Source: Alphaproteobacteria bacterium (lineage in GTDB: Bacteria > Pseudomonadota > Alphaproteobacteria > SMXQ01). From it: a stretch of 64,000 nucleotides of DNA. Made by a program: the position numbers and the translations under genes. The first letter of the stretch is position 1, and the number at the start of each line of letters is the position of its first letter. The notes beneath the pieces are model-generated. The model made no database searches. It was not told the DNA's origin and was given only the letters and a program-made list of their open reading frames with translations. The DNA lies in contig SMXQ01000148.1 of the NCBI GenBank assembly GCA_004356985.1, forward strand, positions 5,973-69,972, read 5' to 3'. Positions 37,933 to 49,651 of this stretch are shown in pieces.

Positions 37933-39153
37933 ATGGACTACGATAGATATTTCGCGGATGCGCTCCGCAAACTCAAGACCGAAGGCAACTACCGAGTGTT
38001 TGCCGACCTCGAACGCACGGCTGGCGACTTTCCCAGGGCGGTGCTCCACATCGACGGAACCTGCCGGGACGCGGTGGTCTGGTGCTCCAACGACTACCTG
38101 GGCATGGGCCAGCACCCCGACGTGATCGATGCCATGACCAAGGCGTTGCAAAAATCGGGGGCCGGGGCCGGCGGGACGCGCAACATCTCGGGCACCAACC
38201 ACAACCACGTTTTGTTGGAAGCGGAGCTCGCCGACCTCCACGGCATGGAAGGCGCGCTGATTTTCACCTCTGGCTATATCTCCAACGACGCGACCCTGTC
38301 GACGGTGGCGCGCCTGCTGCCTGGTTGCATCATTTATTCCGATGCCCTCAATCATGCCTCCATGATCCAAGGCATCCGCCACTCCGGGGCGGCCAAGCGC
38401 ATCTTCCGGCACAACGACGTGGAACACTTGGCCCAGCTCGTCGCCAACGACGACCCCGACGCGCCCAAGCTGATCGCCTTTGAATCGGTCTATTCCATGG
38501 ACGGCGACATCGCGCCCATTGGCGAAATCTGCGACGTCGCGGATAAGGCGAAGGCGCTCACCTATCTCGACGAGGTTCACGCCGTCGGCATGTACGGGCC
38601 GCGCGGCGGCGGCATCGCCGAACGCGACGGCATCATGGACCGCCTCTCCATCATCGAAGGGACGCTGGCCAAGGCGTTCGGCGTGATGGGCGGCTATATC
38701 ACCTCCTCGGCGGCGGTGATCGACGCGGTGCGAAGTTTCGCGCCGGGATTCATCTTCACCACCGCGCTGCCGCCGGCGGTGGCGGCGGGCGCGCTTGCCA
38801 GCGTGCGCTACCTCAAGGGCTCCAACACCGAACGCCAACGCCACCAGGAACGGGCGGCGACCCTCAAGAGGCTGCTGCGCGAAGCCGACCTGCCGGTGAT
38901 GAATTCCCAAAGCCACATCGTGCCGGTGCTGGTGGGCGATCCCAGGATGTGCAAGCTGGCCTCCGACGAATTGATCGCCCGCCACGGCATTTATATCCAG
39001 CCCATCAACTATCCGACGGTGCCGCGCGGCACGGAACGGCTGCGCATCACGCCGACCCCGTTCCATGACGACGACCTGATGGGCGCGTTGGTGCACGCGC
39101 TTTCCGACGTCTGGTCCCGGCTGGAAATCTGCACCCGGCCGTCGGCCGCCTGA
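37933..39153 (+). CDS. hemA: 5-aminolevulinate synthase
   Basis: [23 protein letters not shown]… classic ALAS N-terminus; PLP site [10 protein letters not shown]. Confidence 0.9.
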   Translation: MDYDRYFADALRKLKTEGNYRVFADLERTAGDFPRAVLHIDGTCRDAVVWCSNDYLGMGQHPDVIDAMTKALQKSGAGAGGTRNISGTNHNHVLLEAELADLHGMEGALIFTSGYISNDATLSTVARLLPGCIIYSDALNHASMIQGIRHSGAAKRIFRHNDVEHLAQLVANDDPDAPKLIAFESVYSMDGDIAPIGEICDVADKAKALTYLDEVHAVGMYGPRGGGIAERDGIMDRLSIIEGTLAKAFGVMGGYITSSAAVIDAVRSFAPGFIFTTALPPAVAAGALASVRYLKGSNTERQRHQERAATLKRLLREADLPVMNSQSHIVPVLVGDPRMCKLASDELIARHGIYIQPINYPTVPRGTERLRITPTPFHDDDLMGALVHALSDVWSRLEICTRPSAA

Positions 39154-39184
39154 GACCCGTCACCACCGGGAGAGAGCGACCCGC

Positions 39185-39745
39185 ATGTATCCAGACCATT
39201 CCCTGATGCCCAAGGAGGCCGTGCATCTGGCGGCTTTGGGAATCCTTGCGGAAGGTCCCAGGACCTATGCCGACCTCGCCGCCGTGGTCCGCGACTTCAC
39301 CTCCCACGTGGTGGGGCCCAATTTGGATTTGATGGGCACCTCCATCCAACTGCTGTCCTTCGAGGGCCTGATCGCCGCAAAGGAGGGCATGGGCCAGTCC
39401 CAGGTGCTGGCTCCCGACGCCATGCTTTCGATCACCGATGCCGGCCACACCCAGCTCAAGAACCTGTTGCTCGCCTCGGTGCGGACGCCGTTCAACGACC
39501 TCAACAAGCTCGTGGTCGCCCTCAAGATGAGGCTTTTCAACCTTCTCGACGATGCCGAGCGCCAAGCCCAAATCGAGGTCATCACCGCCGCGCTCCGCAG
39601 CGAGTCGGCGCGCCTCGCGCTGCTCCGCCAACGGCGCGCGGAGGAAACCGACGGCGCCGATACCCTGGTCCATTGGCTCGATCACGACCTGTCCCAGATC
39701 GAGGATTCCCTGGTCTGGTTCGAATCCTTGACCGCCGCATCCTAG
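39185..39745 (+). CDS. PadR-like winged-helix transcriptional regulator (putative)
   Basis: HLAALGILAEGPRTYADLAAVV…LLSFEGLIAAKEG resembles PadR wHTH; C-terminal coiled region. Confidence 0.4.
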   Translation: MYPDHSLMPKEAVHLAALGILAEGPRTYADLAAVVRDFTSHVVGPNLDLMGTSIQLLSFEGLIAAKEGMGQSQVLAPDAMLSITDAGHTQLKNLLLASVRTPFNDLNKLVVALKMRLFNLLDDAERQAQIEVITAALRSESARLALLRQRRAEETDGADTLVHWLDHDLSQIEDSLVWFESLTAAS

Positions 39746-39871
39746 GGCCCATTCCGGCAATTCCCCTGGACCGCTATTCCCCGCTCGCCTAAGGTTGCGC
39801 TCGGCCTCAGCCGGCGCGATCCCGCACCGGCCGCGGGGTCTGATGGCGACCCGGCACGACCGTCGCCGGCA

Positions 39872-40699
39872 TTGAGAAAGCGCCCGTCCATGGCAGACCC
39901 CGCGGCAGACCCCGCCAGCTTTGCCCAACCGCGCCGCCGGCGGACCCTGGCGGGCCGCACCTTGGCGGTACTGGCGGCGCTGCTGGTGGTGGCGGCCGCG
40001 GCGCCGCGCGCCGAGGCCCAGGAAAAGGTCGATCTCGAGTTGATCCTCATGGTCGACGGCTCGGGCAGCATCGACGACGACGAGTTCATCCTGCAAAGGC
40101 TGGGCTACGCCAAGGCGTTCCGCAACCCCCGCGTCGCCGCGGCCATCCGCAACGGGCCGCGCCGCAAGATCTCGGTGTCCTACGTGGAATGGACCGGACC
40201 ATTCCTGCAGGTGCCCATCATCGATTGGACCGTGCTTCACGACAAAGCCTCCATAGAAGCCTTCGCCACCCGGTTGGAGATCGGCCCGCGCGAACTCTAC
40301 ACCGGCGGCACGGCGGTGGGCAACGCCATCCTCTATGGGGCGCAGTCCATCAAATTCAACACCTTCGCGGGCAAGCGGCGGGTCATCGACGTGTCCGGCG
40401 ACGGCCCCACCAACCGCGGCTTTCCCGCCGCCCTGGCCCGCGACCAGGTGGTCGCCCAGGGCTACACCGTCAACGGGCTGCCGGTCCTCGGCAACTATCC
40501 CGGCCTCGACGTCTTCTTCCTGGACAATGTCATCGGCGGCCCCGGCGCCTTTTCGATCCCGGCCAGGACCTTCAAGGATTTCAACTCGGCGATCCTCAGC
40601 AAGCTGATCCGGGAGATCGCCGGCATGGGGGCGCCCCGGGGGGCGCAGACCGCGGCGCGGAAAGCCGGAGCATTATCCGGCCAAATCGACCATCAGTAG
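39872..40699 (+). CDS. DUF1194 (vWA-like) secreted protein
   Basis: Signal peptide; LILMVDGSGSIDDDEF MIDAS-like start of vWA fold typical for DUF1194. Confidence 0.55.
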   Translation: MRKRPSMADPAADPASFAQPRRRRTLAGRTLAVLAALLVVAAAAPRAEAQEKVDLELILMVDGSGSIDDDEFILQRLGYAKAFRNPRVAAAIRNGPRRKISVSYVEWTGPFLQVPIIDWTVLHDKASIEAFATRLEIGPRELYTGGTAVGNAILYGAQSIKFNTFAGKRRVIDVSGDGPTNRGFPAALARDQVVAQGYTVNGLPVLGNYPGLDVFFLDNVIGGPGAFSIPARTFKDFNSAILSKLIREIAGMGAPRGAQTAARKAGALSGQIDHQ

Positions 40700-41451
40700 A
40701 TGTGCTGGGCGCCGGTGACGAAGACTTCGGTCCCCGAGACGTAGGCCGATTGGGACGAACACAGGAAAAAGATCACCGCGGCGACCTCTTCGGGATCACC
40801 GAGGCGCTGCATGGGGATGCGCGGGATGAGAACATCGGTTTCCGGCGACAGCATGTCGGTGGCGATCTCACCGGGCGCGATGGCGTTGACGCGCACGCCG
40901 AGGCCCCCGAATTCGGCCGCCATTTCGCGCGTCAATGCACTGAGCGCCGCCTTGGAGACGCTATAGGCCGAGCCCGCGAAGGGATGGACGGCGTGGCCGG
41001 CGACCGAGGTGATGTTGACGACGCAGCCCTTGCCGCGGTGCAGGGCGGAGGCGAAGCCGCGGCTGAGCCGGAGCGGCGCGAAAAGGTTGAGTTCGAACAC
41101 GTCCGTCCACGCGTCCATATCGCCGTTGAGGCAGCCGAGCCGTTCCTTGTAGGGGGTCTTGGGCGACACCCCGGCGTTGTTGACCAAGGCGTGGAGCGGC
41201 GCGTCCCCCATCATCTCCTGGGCCTCGGCGATGAAACGGTCCTGCTCGCGCGGCTGGGCCAGGTCCACGGTGATATGGCCGGTCCAATTGGGATCGCGCT
41301 GGCAAGCGTCGGGCACCGGATCGCGCGAACAGGTGATGATGTGCCAGCCTTCGTCGGAGAACCGCTTGACGGTGGCATGTCCGATCCCCCGGCTGGCGCC
41401 GGTAAGAACGACGAACTTCACTTCGCCGGCATGGGTGTCGGGCGTGGGCAT
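40693..41451 (-). CDS. SDR-family oxidoreductase
   Basis: TGASRGIG cofactor motif, YSVSK active site. Confidence 0.8.
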   Translation of the reverse strand: MPTPDTHAGEVKFVVLTGASRGIGHATVKRFSDEGWHIITCSRDPVPDACQRDPNWTGHITVDLAQPREQDRFIAEAQEMMGDAPLHALVNNAGVSPKTPYKERLGCLNGDMDAWTDVFELNLFAPLRLSRGFASALHRGKGCVVNITSVAGHAVHPFAGSAYSVSKAALSALTREMAAEFGGLGVRVNAIAPGEIATDMLSPETDVLIPRIPMQRLGDPEEVAAVIFFLCSSQSAYVSGTEVFVTGAQHIY

Positions 41452-41504
41452 GGCAAGAGGTTAGAGAATTTCCCGCCCCTCGGCCAGCCCCCCGGCGCCC
41501 GCGG

Positions 41505-41864
41505 TCAACGGACGCTAACCACCTTGAACGGATGGATTGCCCCGTCGTGCCCGGTGAGGGAGACATACTCGCCCTCCCGGAAGGCATGGGATTCGAAACG
41601 GAAGAACGGTTCGTCGTCCTCCTCGCCGGCGGCGTAGGAAAACGCCCAGGTGCGGTGGCGGGTATGGATCAGGTAGCCCTCCTCGGCATCTTCGTCGCCC
41701 CAGAACCGCTTGACGGTGCTGGCTTTCTTGTCGGCACGCCAGGCTTCGACGTCGATATGGTCCTCGGCGTCCAGCGGGACGACGAACTCATACCCATGGG
41801 CGGCGCTGCCTTGGGGATACTCCGCGGTCCGGGCAAGTTCCAGGCGGATGAATTTCATGGCCAC
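41505..41864 (-). CDS. hypothetical acidic protein (119 aa)
   Basis: ORF with coding-like composition; no family recognised. Confidence 0.35.
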   Translation of the reverse strand: MAMKFIRLELARTAEYPQGSAAHGYEFVVPLDAEDHIDVEAWRADKKASTVKRFWGDEDAEEGYLIHTRHRTWAFSYAAGEEDDEPFFRFESHAFREGEYVSLTGHDGAIHPFKVVSVR

Positions 41865-41900
41865 GTTCTCGTCTCCTTCCAGTTCGAAGGGCGCCGGCCG

Positions 41901-42770
41901 CTAATGGGCGAGCAAAACTGCCGTCCTGCCCGAGCGCAGCACGTAGTCGGTCACCCCACCGAGAATCATTTCGCGTAAGCGGCTGTGGGTATAGGCGCCC
42001 ATGACCAACAAATCCGCCTTGGCCCGGGACGCCGCGGCCGCCACCGCCTTGCCGATATCGCCGCCGCGGTGCTTGACGGCATTGGCCTTGGCCCGCACCC
42101 CGTGCCACCGCAGGTATTGGACCAGCCCAGCCAGATTGTGGTCGCCGCCGCCATCCTCGACCACCGAAATCGCGGTAACGTTCTTCGCGCGCATCAGGAA
42201 GGGCATCGCCGCGGCCACCGCCTTCGACGCCTCGATGCTGCCGTTCCAGGCGATGGCCACGCTCACGCCCAGCCTGGGGGGCGCGGATTGCGGCGCCAAC
42301 AGCACCGGCCGGCCGGTCGCCATCAGGGCGGTTTCGGCGATGGAGCGGGCGATCACGTCGGTACTGTTGCGCGGTCTCTTGACGACGATGAGATCGCAGA
42401 CCCGCCCCCGGGTCTCGATCCAATAGTCGTTGAGGCCGGTTTCCTCTTGGTAGGCCGCGCTCGCTTTCCCCTGGACAGACGGGCGGGTGACCAAATCCAC
42501 CCGTGCCTTGGCCACCGCGTCGTCGAACGCCTTGCGGGTGCGCTTGGCGATTCCCGCAGACCGCCGTTCCGCGGCTTCCATGACTTCCTCCATGAGCGCC
42601 GGGGACACCGTTTCACCGACAAAATCAGAAATGGAATCGGTGGGATCGGACCGCAGATGAAGTGCGTCCACGTGGGCGTTGAAGGACTTGGCAAGGGCAA
42701 AAGCGGTGCCGAGGGTCGCCGCCGTGCCGGCGGCGTCGGAAAGTGGCACGAAAACCGTTCTGATGGGCAT
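41901..42770 (-). CDS. universal stress protein, tandem UspA domains
   Basis: 289 aa; C-terminal LLVMGAYTHSRLREMILGGVT Usp motif. Confidence 0.75.
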   Translation of the reverse strand: MPIRTVFVPLSDAAGTAATLGTAFALAKSFNAHVDALHLRSDPTDSISDFVGETVSPALMEEVMEAAERRSAGIAKRTRKAFDDAVAKARVDLVTRPSVQGKASAAYQEETGLNDYWIETRGRVCDLIVVKRPRNSTDVIARSIAETALMATGRPVLLAPQSAPPRLGVSVAIAWNGSIEASKAVAAAMPFLMRAKNVTAISVVEDGGGDHNLAGLVQYLRWHGVRAKANAVKHRGGDIGKAVAAAASRAKADLLVMGAYTHSRLREMILGGVTDYVLRSGRTAVLLAH

Positions 42771-42893
42771 TTTATGACCTCCTCCCCCCGGGCGAGGCCA
42801 TCCAACCGGCCCCCAATTCCGGGGGTTAATGTTTTAATCCATAGTTTATATGGGGGATTTTCATGCCCGGGACAAGGGCGCAAAGTGCAAAGC

Positions 42894-43919
42894 TCAAACC
42901 TCATCCTTATCTTCGCCGACGAAAGTGGCCCGGTGTTCCACGATGCCTTCGGGATCCTGGTGAATGATCACGCCCCCGCCGGGGAAGGCGGCACGGACCT
43001 CGGCTTCGACTTCATCGGAAATCTCGTGCGCGCGCAGCAAAGAGATGTCCTTGGGCAGTTCCAAATGAAACTGGATAAACGCCCGCTGTCCCGCCTGACG
43101 GGTGCGCAGGTCGTGGACATCGCAGACCTCGGGATGGGCCAGGGCGAGGCCGATGATGCGCGCGCGGTCCGCTTGATCGAGTTCCCGGTCCATCAGCGAG
43201 TCCAGCGAGGTGCGGACGATCTGCCAGACGTTCCAGAAGAGATAGGCGGCAATGCCGATCCCGATCAGCGGGTCGGCCAAACCAAAGCTCGGTTGGGTGC
43301 TCAGGAGCAGCGAAATGATAACGCTGCCGTGAATCAACACGTCGCCTTTGTAATGCAGAGAATCCGCCGAAATGGCGACCGAATTGGTGTGCCGCACGAC
43401 ATAGGTCTGGAGCGCCACCAGGGCCAAGGTCACGACGATGGAAAAGACCATGATGCCGACGCCCAGCATTTCGTTGGCGATGGTCTTTGGTTGGACGAAC
43501 CTACCGACCACTTCCACCACAAGATACAGCGACGAACCGGCGACGAAGGCCGCCTGGGCCAAGGCGGCAAGGGGTTCGGCCTTACCATGGCCGAACCGGT
43601 GCTGGGTGTCGGCGGGCTGTAGGGCACGGCGCACCGCGAACAGGCACACCACGGAAGCCGCCACGTCCATGATCGAATCGATCAGCGCCGACAGCACGCT
43701 GACCGACCCCGTCATGAACCACGCCACGCCTTTGATGGCGATCAGGACCAGCCCCGCGGAAACCGAGGCCGCGGTGGCGATCCGCAACAACCGTTGGGTG
43801 CGCGGTGAAATCTGATCATGGCGCGGGGCGGCCTCGGCGCCGGTCCGAGCGCCGCCGGCGCCCTGGCCCGCGTCGGGCGGCGGGTTCTCGGGCAGCGGCG
43901 GCATCGAAGGCGGGCTCAC
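42894..43919 (-). CDS. cation diffusion facilitator (CDF) family metal efflux transporter
   Basis: 6 TM + cytoplasmic C-terminal domain; [13 protein letters not shown] and [12 protein letters not shown] motifs. Confidence 0.8.
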   Translation of the reverse strand: MSPPSMPPLPENPPPDAGQGAGGARTGAEAAPRHDQISPRTQRLLRIATAASVSAGLVLIAIKGVAWFMTGSVSVLSALIDSIMDVAASVVCLFAVRRALQPADTQHRFGHGKAEPLAALAQAAFVAGSSLYLVVEVVGRFVQPKTIANEMLGVGIMVFSIVVTLALVALQTYVVRHTNSVAISADSLHYKGDVLIHGSVIISLLLSTQPSFGLADPLIGIGIAAYLFWNVWQIVRTSLDSLMDRELDQADRARIIGLALAHPEVCDVHDLRTRQAGQRAFIQFHLELPKDISLLRAHEISDEVEAEVRAAFPGGGVIIHQDPEGIVEHRATFVGEDKDEV

Positions 43920-44602
43920 GGGTAAAGCCTCACCATGGACCAGCCGTTGGAAGACCCGCGAAAGACGATCCGTTCATGGAGGCGGTAGGGGCGGTCCAGC
44001 CAGAATTCGATCATCTCGGGCCGCACCCGATAGCCCGACCAATGGGCGGGGCGCGGCACCGTGCGGCCCTGGAACTTGAGGTCGAAATGGGCAAAGCGGC
44101 GCTCCAATTCGAAGCGCTCGGGCAGGGTTTCCGATTGCCGCGACGCCCAGGCCGCGACCTGGCTGTCGCGCGGGCGAGAGGCGAAATACGCATCGGCGGC
44201 GGCGGTGCTGACGGGTTCCACCGGACCGTCGATGCGCACCTGGCGGCGCAGGCTTTTCCAATGAAACACCAGCGAGGCGCGGGGATTGGCGCCGATCTCC
44301 ACACCCTTGCGGCTTTCGAAATTGGTATAGAAAACGAACCCGTCCGCCTCGCGCCCCTGGAGCAACACCATGCGCACCGACGGGGCGCCGTCGGCGCCGG
44401 TGGTCGCGCAAGCCATGGCATTGGCGTCGCGTTCCGACGCCCAAGCCAGCCTGTACCACTCGTCAAACAAGGCTAGCGGGTCTGATTTTTCCAGTTGGGC
44501 CGTGCCTTCGTCCATCATGGCGACAATGATTTCTCGCAAATTGGAAATCTTGGACGTCCGGTCTCCACCGACGGTGCGGGCGCACGTTTCACTGTAGTGC
44601 AT
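43916..44602 (-). CDS. pdxH: pyridoxamine 5'-phosphate oxidase
   Basis: ISNLRE…[10 protein letters not shown]…[11 protein letters not shown]…RPRDSQ…[17 protein letters not shown] aligns with PdxH; start at MHYSETC chosen by N-terminal alignment. Confidence 0.85.
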   Translation of the reverse strand: MHYSETCARTVGGDRTSKISNLREIIVAMMDEGTAQLEKSDPLALFDEWYRLAWASERDANAMACATTGADGAPSVRMVLLQGREADGFVFYTNFESRKGVEIGANPRASLVFHWKSLRRQVRIDGPVEPVSTAAADAYFASRPRDSQVAAWASRQSETLPERFELERRFAHFDLKFQGRTVPRPAHWSGYRVRPEMIEFWLDRPYRLHERIVFRGSSNGWSMVRLYP

Positions 44603-44871
44603 TATCCGCCCAAATTGAACCATTTGACCGGCAAGCCCAAGGAAAAGACCGGCCCGCGGTTTTTCGCTGCCCGCAAGGGTCTTCACCGATTCAACCAGCG
44701 GCGGCGAAGCCGGGAAAAAAGGCCGGAGAGGGATCGTCCATCGACCGGGCAGAGCCAAAAACCATGCCCTTGTCGGGGGTCCCGTTTGAACCCGCAGGCC
44801 TTTGGTGTAGGATGCCGCGGCAATGACACCGGCAGGGGATTAGCTCTCCACCCGGCACCTTCGAGGAAGAA

Positions 44872-45684
44872 ATGAGCCAGAGTAACGGACTTCTTGCCGG
44901 CAAGAGGGGGCTGATCATGGGGGTCGCCAACGACCGCTCGATCGCCTGGGGTATCGCCAGCACGGCCGCGGACAACAGCGCGGAACTCGCTTTTACCTAT
45001 CAAGGAGACACCTTGAAAAAGCGCGTGGTGCCCCTTGCCCAGAAGGCCGGCTCAAACCTCGTCCTGCCCTGCGATGTGACCGACGAAGCCTCCATGGACC
45101 GGGTGTTCGAAACCATCGAAAAAACCTGGGGCGGGCTCGACTTCCTGGTCCACGCCATCGCCTTTTCCGACAAGAATGAACTGACCGGCGCCTACCTCAA
45201 GACCAGCGCGGCAAATTTCGCGCGCACCATGGATATTTCCTGTTATTCGTTCACGGCGCTAGCCGCGCGGGCGGCGGGGCTGATGCGCGACGGCGGCTCC
45301 CTTCTGACCCTGACCTATCTCGGGGCCGAACGCGTCATCCCCCATTACAACGTGATGGGCATCGCCAAGGCGGCATTGGAAGCGAGCGTCCGGGCATTGG
45401 CGGTGGACTTGGGCGGCCGGGGGGTGCGGGTCAACGCCATCTCCGCCGGGCCGATCAAAACCTTGGCGGCGTCGGGCATCGGCGATTTCCGTTATATCTT
45501 GAAATGGAACGAGCTCAATTCGCCCCTGCAACGCACCGTCACCATCGAAGAGGTCGGCAAGGCCGCGCTGTTCCTTCTCTCGGACCTCGGCAGCGGGGTC
45601 ACCGGCGAGATCCTGCACGTCGACGCGGGCTATCACGTGATCGGCATGAAGAACCCCAACGCCCCGGATATTTCCGTCGTCTAG
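44872..45684 (+). CDS. fabI: enoyl-[acyl-carrier-protein] reductase (NADH)
   Basis: [16 protein letters not shown]…, catalytic Y/K in [14 protein letters not shown]. Confidence 0.9.
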   Translation: MSQSNGLLAGKRGLIMGVANDRSIAWGIASTAADNSAELAFTYQGDTLKKRVVPLAQKAGSNLVLPCDVTDEASMDRVFETIEKTWGGLDFLVHAIAFSDKNELTGAYLKTSAANFARTMDISCYSFTALAARAAGLMRDGGSLLTLTYLGAERVIPHYNVMGIAKAALEASVRALAVDLGGRGVRVNAISAGPIKTLAASGIGDFRYILKWNELNSPLQRTVTIEEVGKAALFLLSDLGSGVTGEILHVDAGYHVIGMKNPNAPDISVV

Positions 45685-45701
45685 GTGGTCGGGAACGGAC
45701 C

Positions 45702-46781
45702 ATGTCGCACAATACCTTCGGGCACCTTTTCCGCGTCACCACTTGGGGCGAAAGCCACGGGCCGGCCATCGGCTGCGTGGTCGACGGCTGCCCGCCGGGG
45801 ATCGATTTGGCCGAGGACGACCTCCAGGTCTGGCTTAATAAGCGCCGGCCGGGGCAAAGCCGCTTCACCACCCAGCGCAAGGAATCCGACATTGTCAAGA
45901 TCATGTCGGGCACCTTCGGGGGCTTGACCACCGGCACGCCCATCAGCCTGATCATCGAGAACGAGGACGTCCGCTCCAAGGATTACGACGAGATCGCGGA
46001 CAAGTTCCGGCCGGGACACGGCGATTACACCTACTGGAAAAAATACGGCATCCGCGATACCCGGGGCGGCGGCCGCGCCTCGGCCCGGGAAACCGCCATG
46101 CGCGTCGCCGCCGGCGGCGTCGCCCGCAAGGTGCTCGGCGCCGGCGTGGTGATCCGCGGCGCGCTGATCCAGATGGGGCCCCACGTGATCGAGCGCGCCA
46201 ATTGGGACTGGCAGGAGGTCGACCGCAACCCGTTTTTCTGCCCCGATGCCAAGGCCGCCAAGGACTGGGAAGGCTATCTCGATTCCGTGCGCAAGGCGGG
46301 GTCAAGCACCGGTGCGGTGATCGAGGTGGTGGCCGAAGGCGTCCCCCCGGGGCTCGGCGCGCCGGTCTACGGCAAGCTGGATTCCGACCTCGCCGCCGCC
46401 ATGATGGGAATCAACGCCGTCAAGGGCGTGGAAATCGGTGCCGGAATGGGGGCCGCGGCGCTGTCGGGCGAGGAAAACGCCGATGAAATGCGGATGCGGG
46501 GAAACGACGTCGAATTCCTCTCCAACGCCGCCGGCGGGACCTTGGCCGGGATATCCTCGGGCCAGGATGTGGTGGTGCGTTTCGCGGTCAAGCCGACCAG
46601 CTCGATCCTCACCCCCCGGCGCACCGTGACCGTGACCGGCGAGGAAACCGAAATTTCCACCAAGGGACGCCACGACCCCTGCGTCGGCATCCGCGGCGTG
46701 CCCGTGGGCGAGGCGATGATGGCCTGCGTGCTGGCCGACCATCTGCTGCGCCACCGCGGCCAATGCGGCATCACCGGCTGA
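45702..46781 (+). CDS. aroC: chorismate synthase
   Basis: [31 protein letters not shown]… canonical AroC N-terminus. Confidence 0.9.
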   Translation: MSHNTFGHLFRVTTWGESHGPAIGCVVDGCPPGIDLAEDDLQVWLNKRRPGQSRFTTQRKESDIVKIMSGTFGGLTTGTPISLIIENEDVRSKDYDEIADKFRPGHGDYTYWKKYGIRDTRGGGRASARETAMRVAAGGVARKVLGAGVVIRGALIQMGPHVIERANWDWQEVDRNPFFCPDAKAAKDWEGYLDSVRKAGSSTGAVIEVVAEGVPPGLGAPVYGKLDSDLAAAMMGINAVKGVEIGAGMGAAALSGEENADEMRMRGNDVEFLSNAAGGTLAGISSGQDVVVRFAVKPTSSILTPRRTVTVTGEETEISTKGRHDPCVGIRGVPVGEAMMACVLADHLLRHRGQCGITG

Positions 46782-47955
46782 AGCGCGCCACCAGTTCCAC
46801 GTGCCGGGTCCACACGAACTGGTCCACCGGCAGGACCAAACCGGGCGTGAAGCCGCCATCCATCAAGATTTTCGCATCGCGGGCGAAAGACGCGGGGTCG
46901 CAGGACACCATCACCGCCAGGGGCACGCCCGAGGCCGCCAGTTGGCGCGCCTGGGCCGGGGCACCGCCGCGCGGCGGGTCCATCACCACGGCATCGAAGC
47001 CATCGAGCTCATCGCTTCTCAGCGGCCGGCGGGCGAGATTCCTGACCGTGCCGGTGACCTGGACCCCCAGCCCGGCGCCCCGGGCGGCGGCGTCGAGCGC
47101 CGCGATCAACGCCTCGTCGCCGTCGAAAGCGGCGACCTTACGCCCCCGTGCCAAGGGAAAGGTGAAGGTCCCGGCGCCGGAATAGAGGTCCGCCACCCGG
47201 GTGCCCCGGGCGATCGCCGTGGTGACGGCATCGACGATTAGCGCTTCCCCGGCCGCCGAGGCCTGAACGAAGGCCATGGGCGGCAAGGCCACGGCGACCC
47301 CCCCGAAGCGGGCCGTGACCGGACGCAGTTCGGCCACCACCTCGGGGGGTTGCGGCGCGCCGCTTGGCCGCGGCCGGCCGCCCGAGCGCGCGCGCCGGCC
47401 GGGCCCGAGGCCTTGCCAAGAGATGCGGGCGATGCCGGCTCGGCGGGCGAAATCCACCAGGCCTTGGCAGCGCTCGAGGTCGAGCCGCCCGGTGGCGCGG
47501 ATCAGGATATCGAGGGCGCCGGAGACCATCTGGGCCTCCGCCTCGGCGCCTTGACCGGGATCGAGGGTTTGCCGAAAATACCGCTTGAGCGGGCGAGTCA
47601 ACGCGAAAAGGCCTGGTTCGAGAACCCGGCAGGCGGTCATGTCGACCACCTCGTGGCTGGCGCGGGCATGGAAGCCCAGGCTCAGCCCCGATGCGCTGCG
47701 TTCGGCAAAAAACCTTGCCCGGCGGCGCGAGGCGGGCGGCACCGAGACCAGCGCGGCGACCTCCGCCTCGACGCGCGCGCGCCGCAGCGCCGCTTCCACG
47801 AAGCCGCGCTTCCAGCGCCGGTAGGCGGCATCGCCCAAATCCTGGGCGGCGCATCCGCCGCAGGTGCCGAAATGGGGGCACAGGGGCGCCGGGCCGGGAC
47901 CGTCTTCCCCGGCGCCGTCAACGGCATGGCTGCCCAAGGCGCCGTCAACCGGCAC
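46771..47955 (-). CDS. class I SAM-dependent RNA (uracil-5)-methyltransferase, RlmD/RumA/TrmA family
   Basis: N-terminal Cys cluster [10 protein letters not shown] (Fe-S/TRAM region), C-terminal MTase with DLYSGAGTF and VSCDPASF motifs. Confidence 0.7.
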   Translation of the reverse strand: MPVDGALGSHAVDGAGEDGPGPAPLCPHFGTCGGCAAQDLGDAAYRRWKRGFVEAALRRARVEAEVAALVSVPPASRRRARFFAERSASGLSLGFHARASHEVVDMTACRVLEPGLFALTRPLKRYFRQTLDPGQGAEAEAQMVSGALDILIRATGRLDLERCQGLVDFARRAGIARISWQGLGPGRRARSGGRPRPSGAPQPPEVVAELRPVTARFGGVAVALPPMAFVQASAAGEALIVDAVTTAIARGTRVADLYSGAGTFTFPLARGRKVAAFDGDEALIAALDAAARGAGLGVQVTGTVRNLARRPLRSDELDGFDAVVMDPPRGGAPAQARQLAASGVPLAVMVSCDPASFARDAKILMDGGFTPGLVLPVDQFVWTRHVELVARFSR

Positions 47956-48712
47956 GGCTGCCTCCGCCGTCGCCGTTACGGGCGCAAATCAGGAATTCGC
48001 GGTTGCCTTCGGCGCCGCGAATGGGGCTTTCGGTGACGCCCAGCACCGACCAGCCCATGTCCGACTCCAGCCAGGCGCTGAGCCGCGCCACGACCTCCTC
48101 ATGGAGGGCCGGCGCGCGCACCACGCCGCCCTTGCCGACGCGTCCCTTGCCGACCTCGAACTGGGGCTTGATGAGGGCCATCAGATAGCCGCCCCGGCGG
48201 GCCAGGGCGAGGGCAGCGGGCAACACCAGCTCAAGGCCGATGAAGCTGGCATCGCAGACCACTATATCGACCGGCTCGGGCACCTGGGCGCGGGTCAGGT
48301 GCCGGGCATTGACGCCTTCAAGGACAACCACCCGCGGGTCCTGGCGGAGCTTCCAGGCGAGCTGCCCGCGGCCCACGTCCACCGCATAAACCCGGGCCGC
48401 GCCGCGGGCCAGAAGCACGTCGGTGAATCCGCCCGTGGAAGCGCCGATATCCAGCGCGACGGCGTCCTCGATGGGGACCGAGAAATGGCTGAACCCATGG
48501 TCCGCCTTGAGCCCACCGCGCGACACCCAAGGATGGGGCGCGCCGCGCACCTCGATGGGCTGGTCCGCGGCGATGCGGTGGCCCGCCTTTTCCAGGCGCC
48601 GTTCGCCGGAAAAAACCTTGCCTGCCATCACCAGGGCCTGGGCCTGGGCCCGGCTCGAAGCCAATCCACGCGCGACCAGGGCCTGATCCAGGCGCGGGCG
48701 GGGTGGGCTCAT
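47945..48712 (-). CDS. tlyA: TlyA-family rRNA 2'-O-methyltransferase (haemolysin A-like)
   Basis: S4 domain RLDQALVARGLASSRAQAQALVMAGKV + FtsJ MTase DIGASTGGFTD. Confidence 0.8.
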   Translation of the reverse strand: MSPPRPRLDQALVARGLASSRAQAQALVMAGKVFSGERRLEKAGHRIAADQPIEVRGAPHPWVSRGGLKADHGFSHFSVPIEDAVALDIGASTGGFTDVLLARGAARVYAVDVGRGQLAWKLRQDPRVVVLEGVNARHLTRAQVPEPVDIVVCDASFIGLELVLPAALALARRGGYLMALIKPQFEVGKGRVGKGGVVRAPALHEEVVARLSAWLESDMGWSVLGVTESPIRGAEGNREFLICARNGDGGGSRAG

Positions 48713-49626
48713 TGGGTGCGGGCCACCACGTAATAGGCGACCTCGCGCAATAGGCGCGCGCCTTGGCCGAAGGGCTCCAGGTGGCGGGCCGCCTGTTCGG
48801 CCAAAAGACAGGCCTGGCCGCGCGCCTTGGCGGGGCCGAGGATGGTCACGAAGGTCGCCTTGCCGCGGGCCGCGTCCTTGCCTACGGCCTTGCCCACCCG
48901 CCGCGCCTCGCCTTCCACGTCCAAGAGGTCGTCGGCGATCTGGAAGGCCAGGCCGAGATCGTGGGCGAAGGCGTTAAGGGTCCGAAACTCCTTGGCGTCG
49001 GCGTGGCCGAGAATACCGCCGGCCTCGCAACAGAATTCGATCAGGGCGCCGGTTTTGAGGCGTTCCAGCCGCGTGACCTCGCCGATGTTGAAATCGAGCT
49101 TTTCCGCGGCGAGGTCGATCATCTGCCCCCCGACCATGCCGCCGGCGCCCGCCGCATGGGCGAGCCGGGCGACCAGTTGGCCCCGGACCGCGGCGTCGGG
49201 ATGGGTCTTGGTGTCACAAAGCACCTCGAAAGCCAGCGGCACCATGGCGTCGCCGGCCAGCACCGCGGTCGATTCCCCGAATTTGACGTGACACGACGGC
49301 TTGCCCCGGCGCACCGGGTCGTCGTCCATGCACGGCAGGTCGTCATGGACCAGGGAATAAGAGTGGATCAACTCCACCGCGGCGCCAACCCGCAGGGACA
49401 CCTCTTCGGGCACGTCGAACAGGCCCGCCGTCGCCACCACCAGGAACGGGCGCAGCCGCTTGCCGCCGCCCAGCGTGGCGTAGCGCATGGCCTTGAAAAG
49501 CGTGGCTTCCGGGCCGTCGCCTTCGGCCGTCGGCAGAATCGCCGCGAGCGTTTCCTCGACCGCTTCGGCGACGTTCGCAATGGCCTTGATCAGGCTCTGG
49601 TCATCGCTGTGGTGGATCATGGCCAT
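48709..49626 (-). CDS. ispA: polyprenyl (farnesyl/geranylgeranyl) diphosphate synthase
   Basis: FARM LVHDDLPCMDDD and SARM FQIADDLLD motifs. Confidence 0.85.
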   Translation of the reverse strand: MAMIHHSDDQSLIKAIANVAEAVEETLAAILPTAEGDGPEATLFKAMRYATLGGGKRLRPFLVVATAGLFDVPEEVSLRVGAAVELIHSYSLVHDDLPCMDDDPVRRGKPSCHVKFGESTAVLAGDAMVPLAFEVLCDTKTHPDAAVRGQLVARLAHAAGAGGMVGGQMIDLAAEKLDFNIGEVTRLERLKTGALIEFCCEAGGILGHADAKEFRTLNAFAHDLGLAFQIADDLLDVEGEARRVGKAVGKDAARGKATFVTILGPAKARGQACLLAEQAARHLEPFGQGARLLREVAYYVVARTQ

Positions 49627-49651
49627 CTAAGTGCACGGGGGGTTCGGCCCC

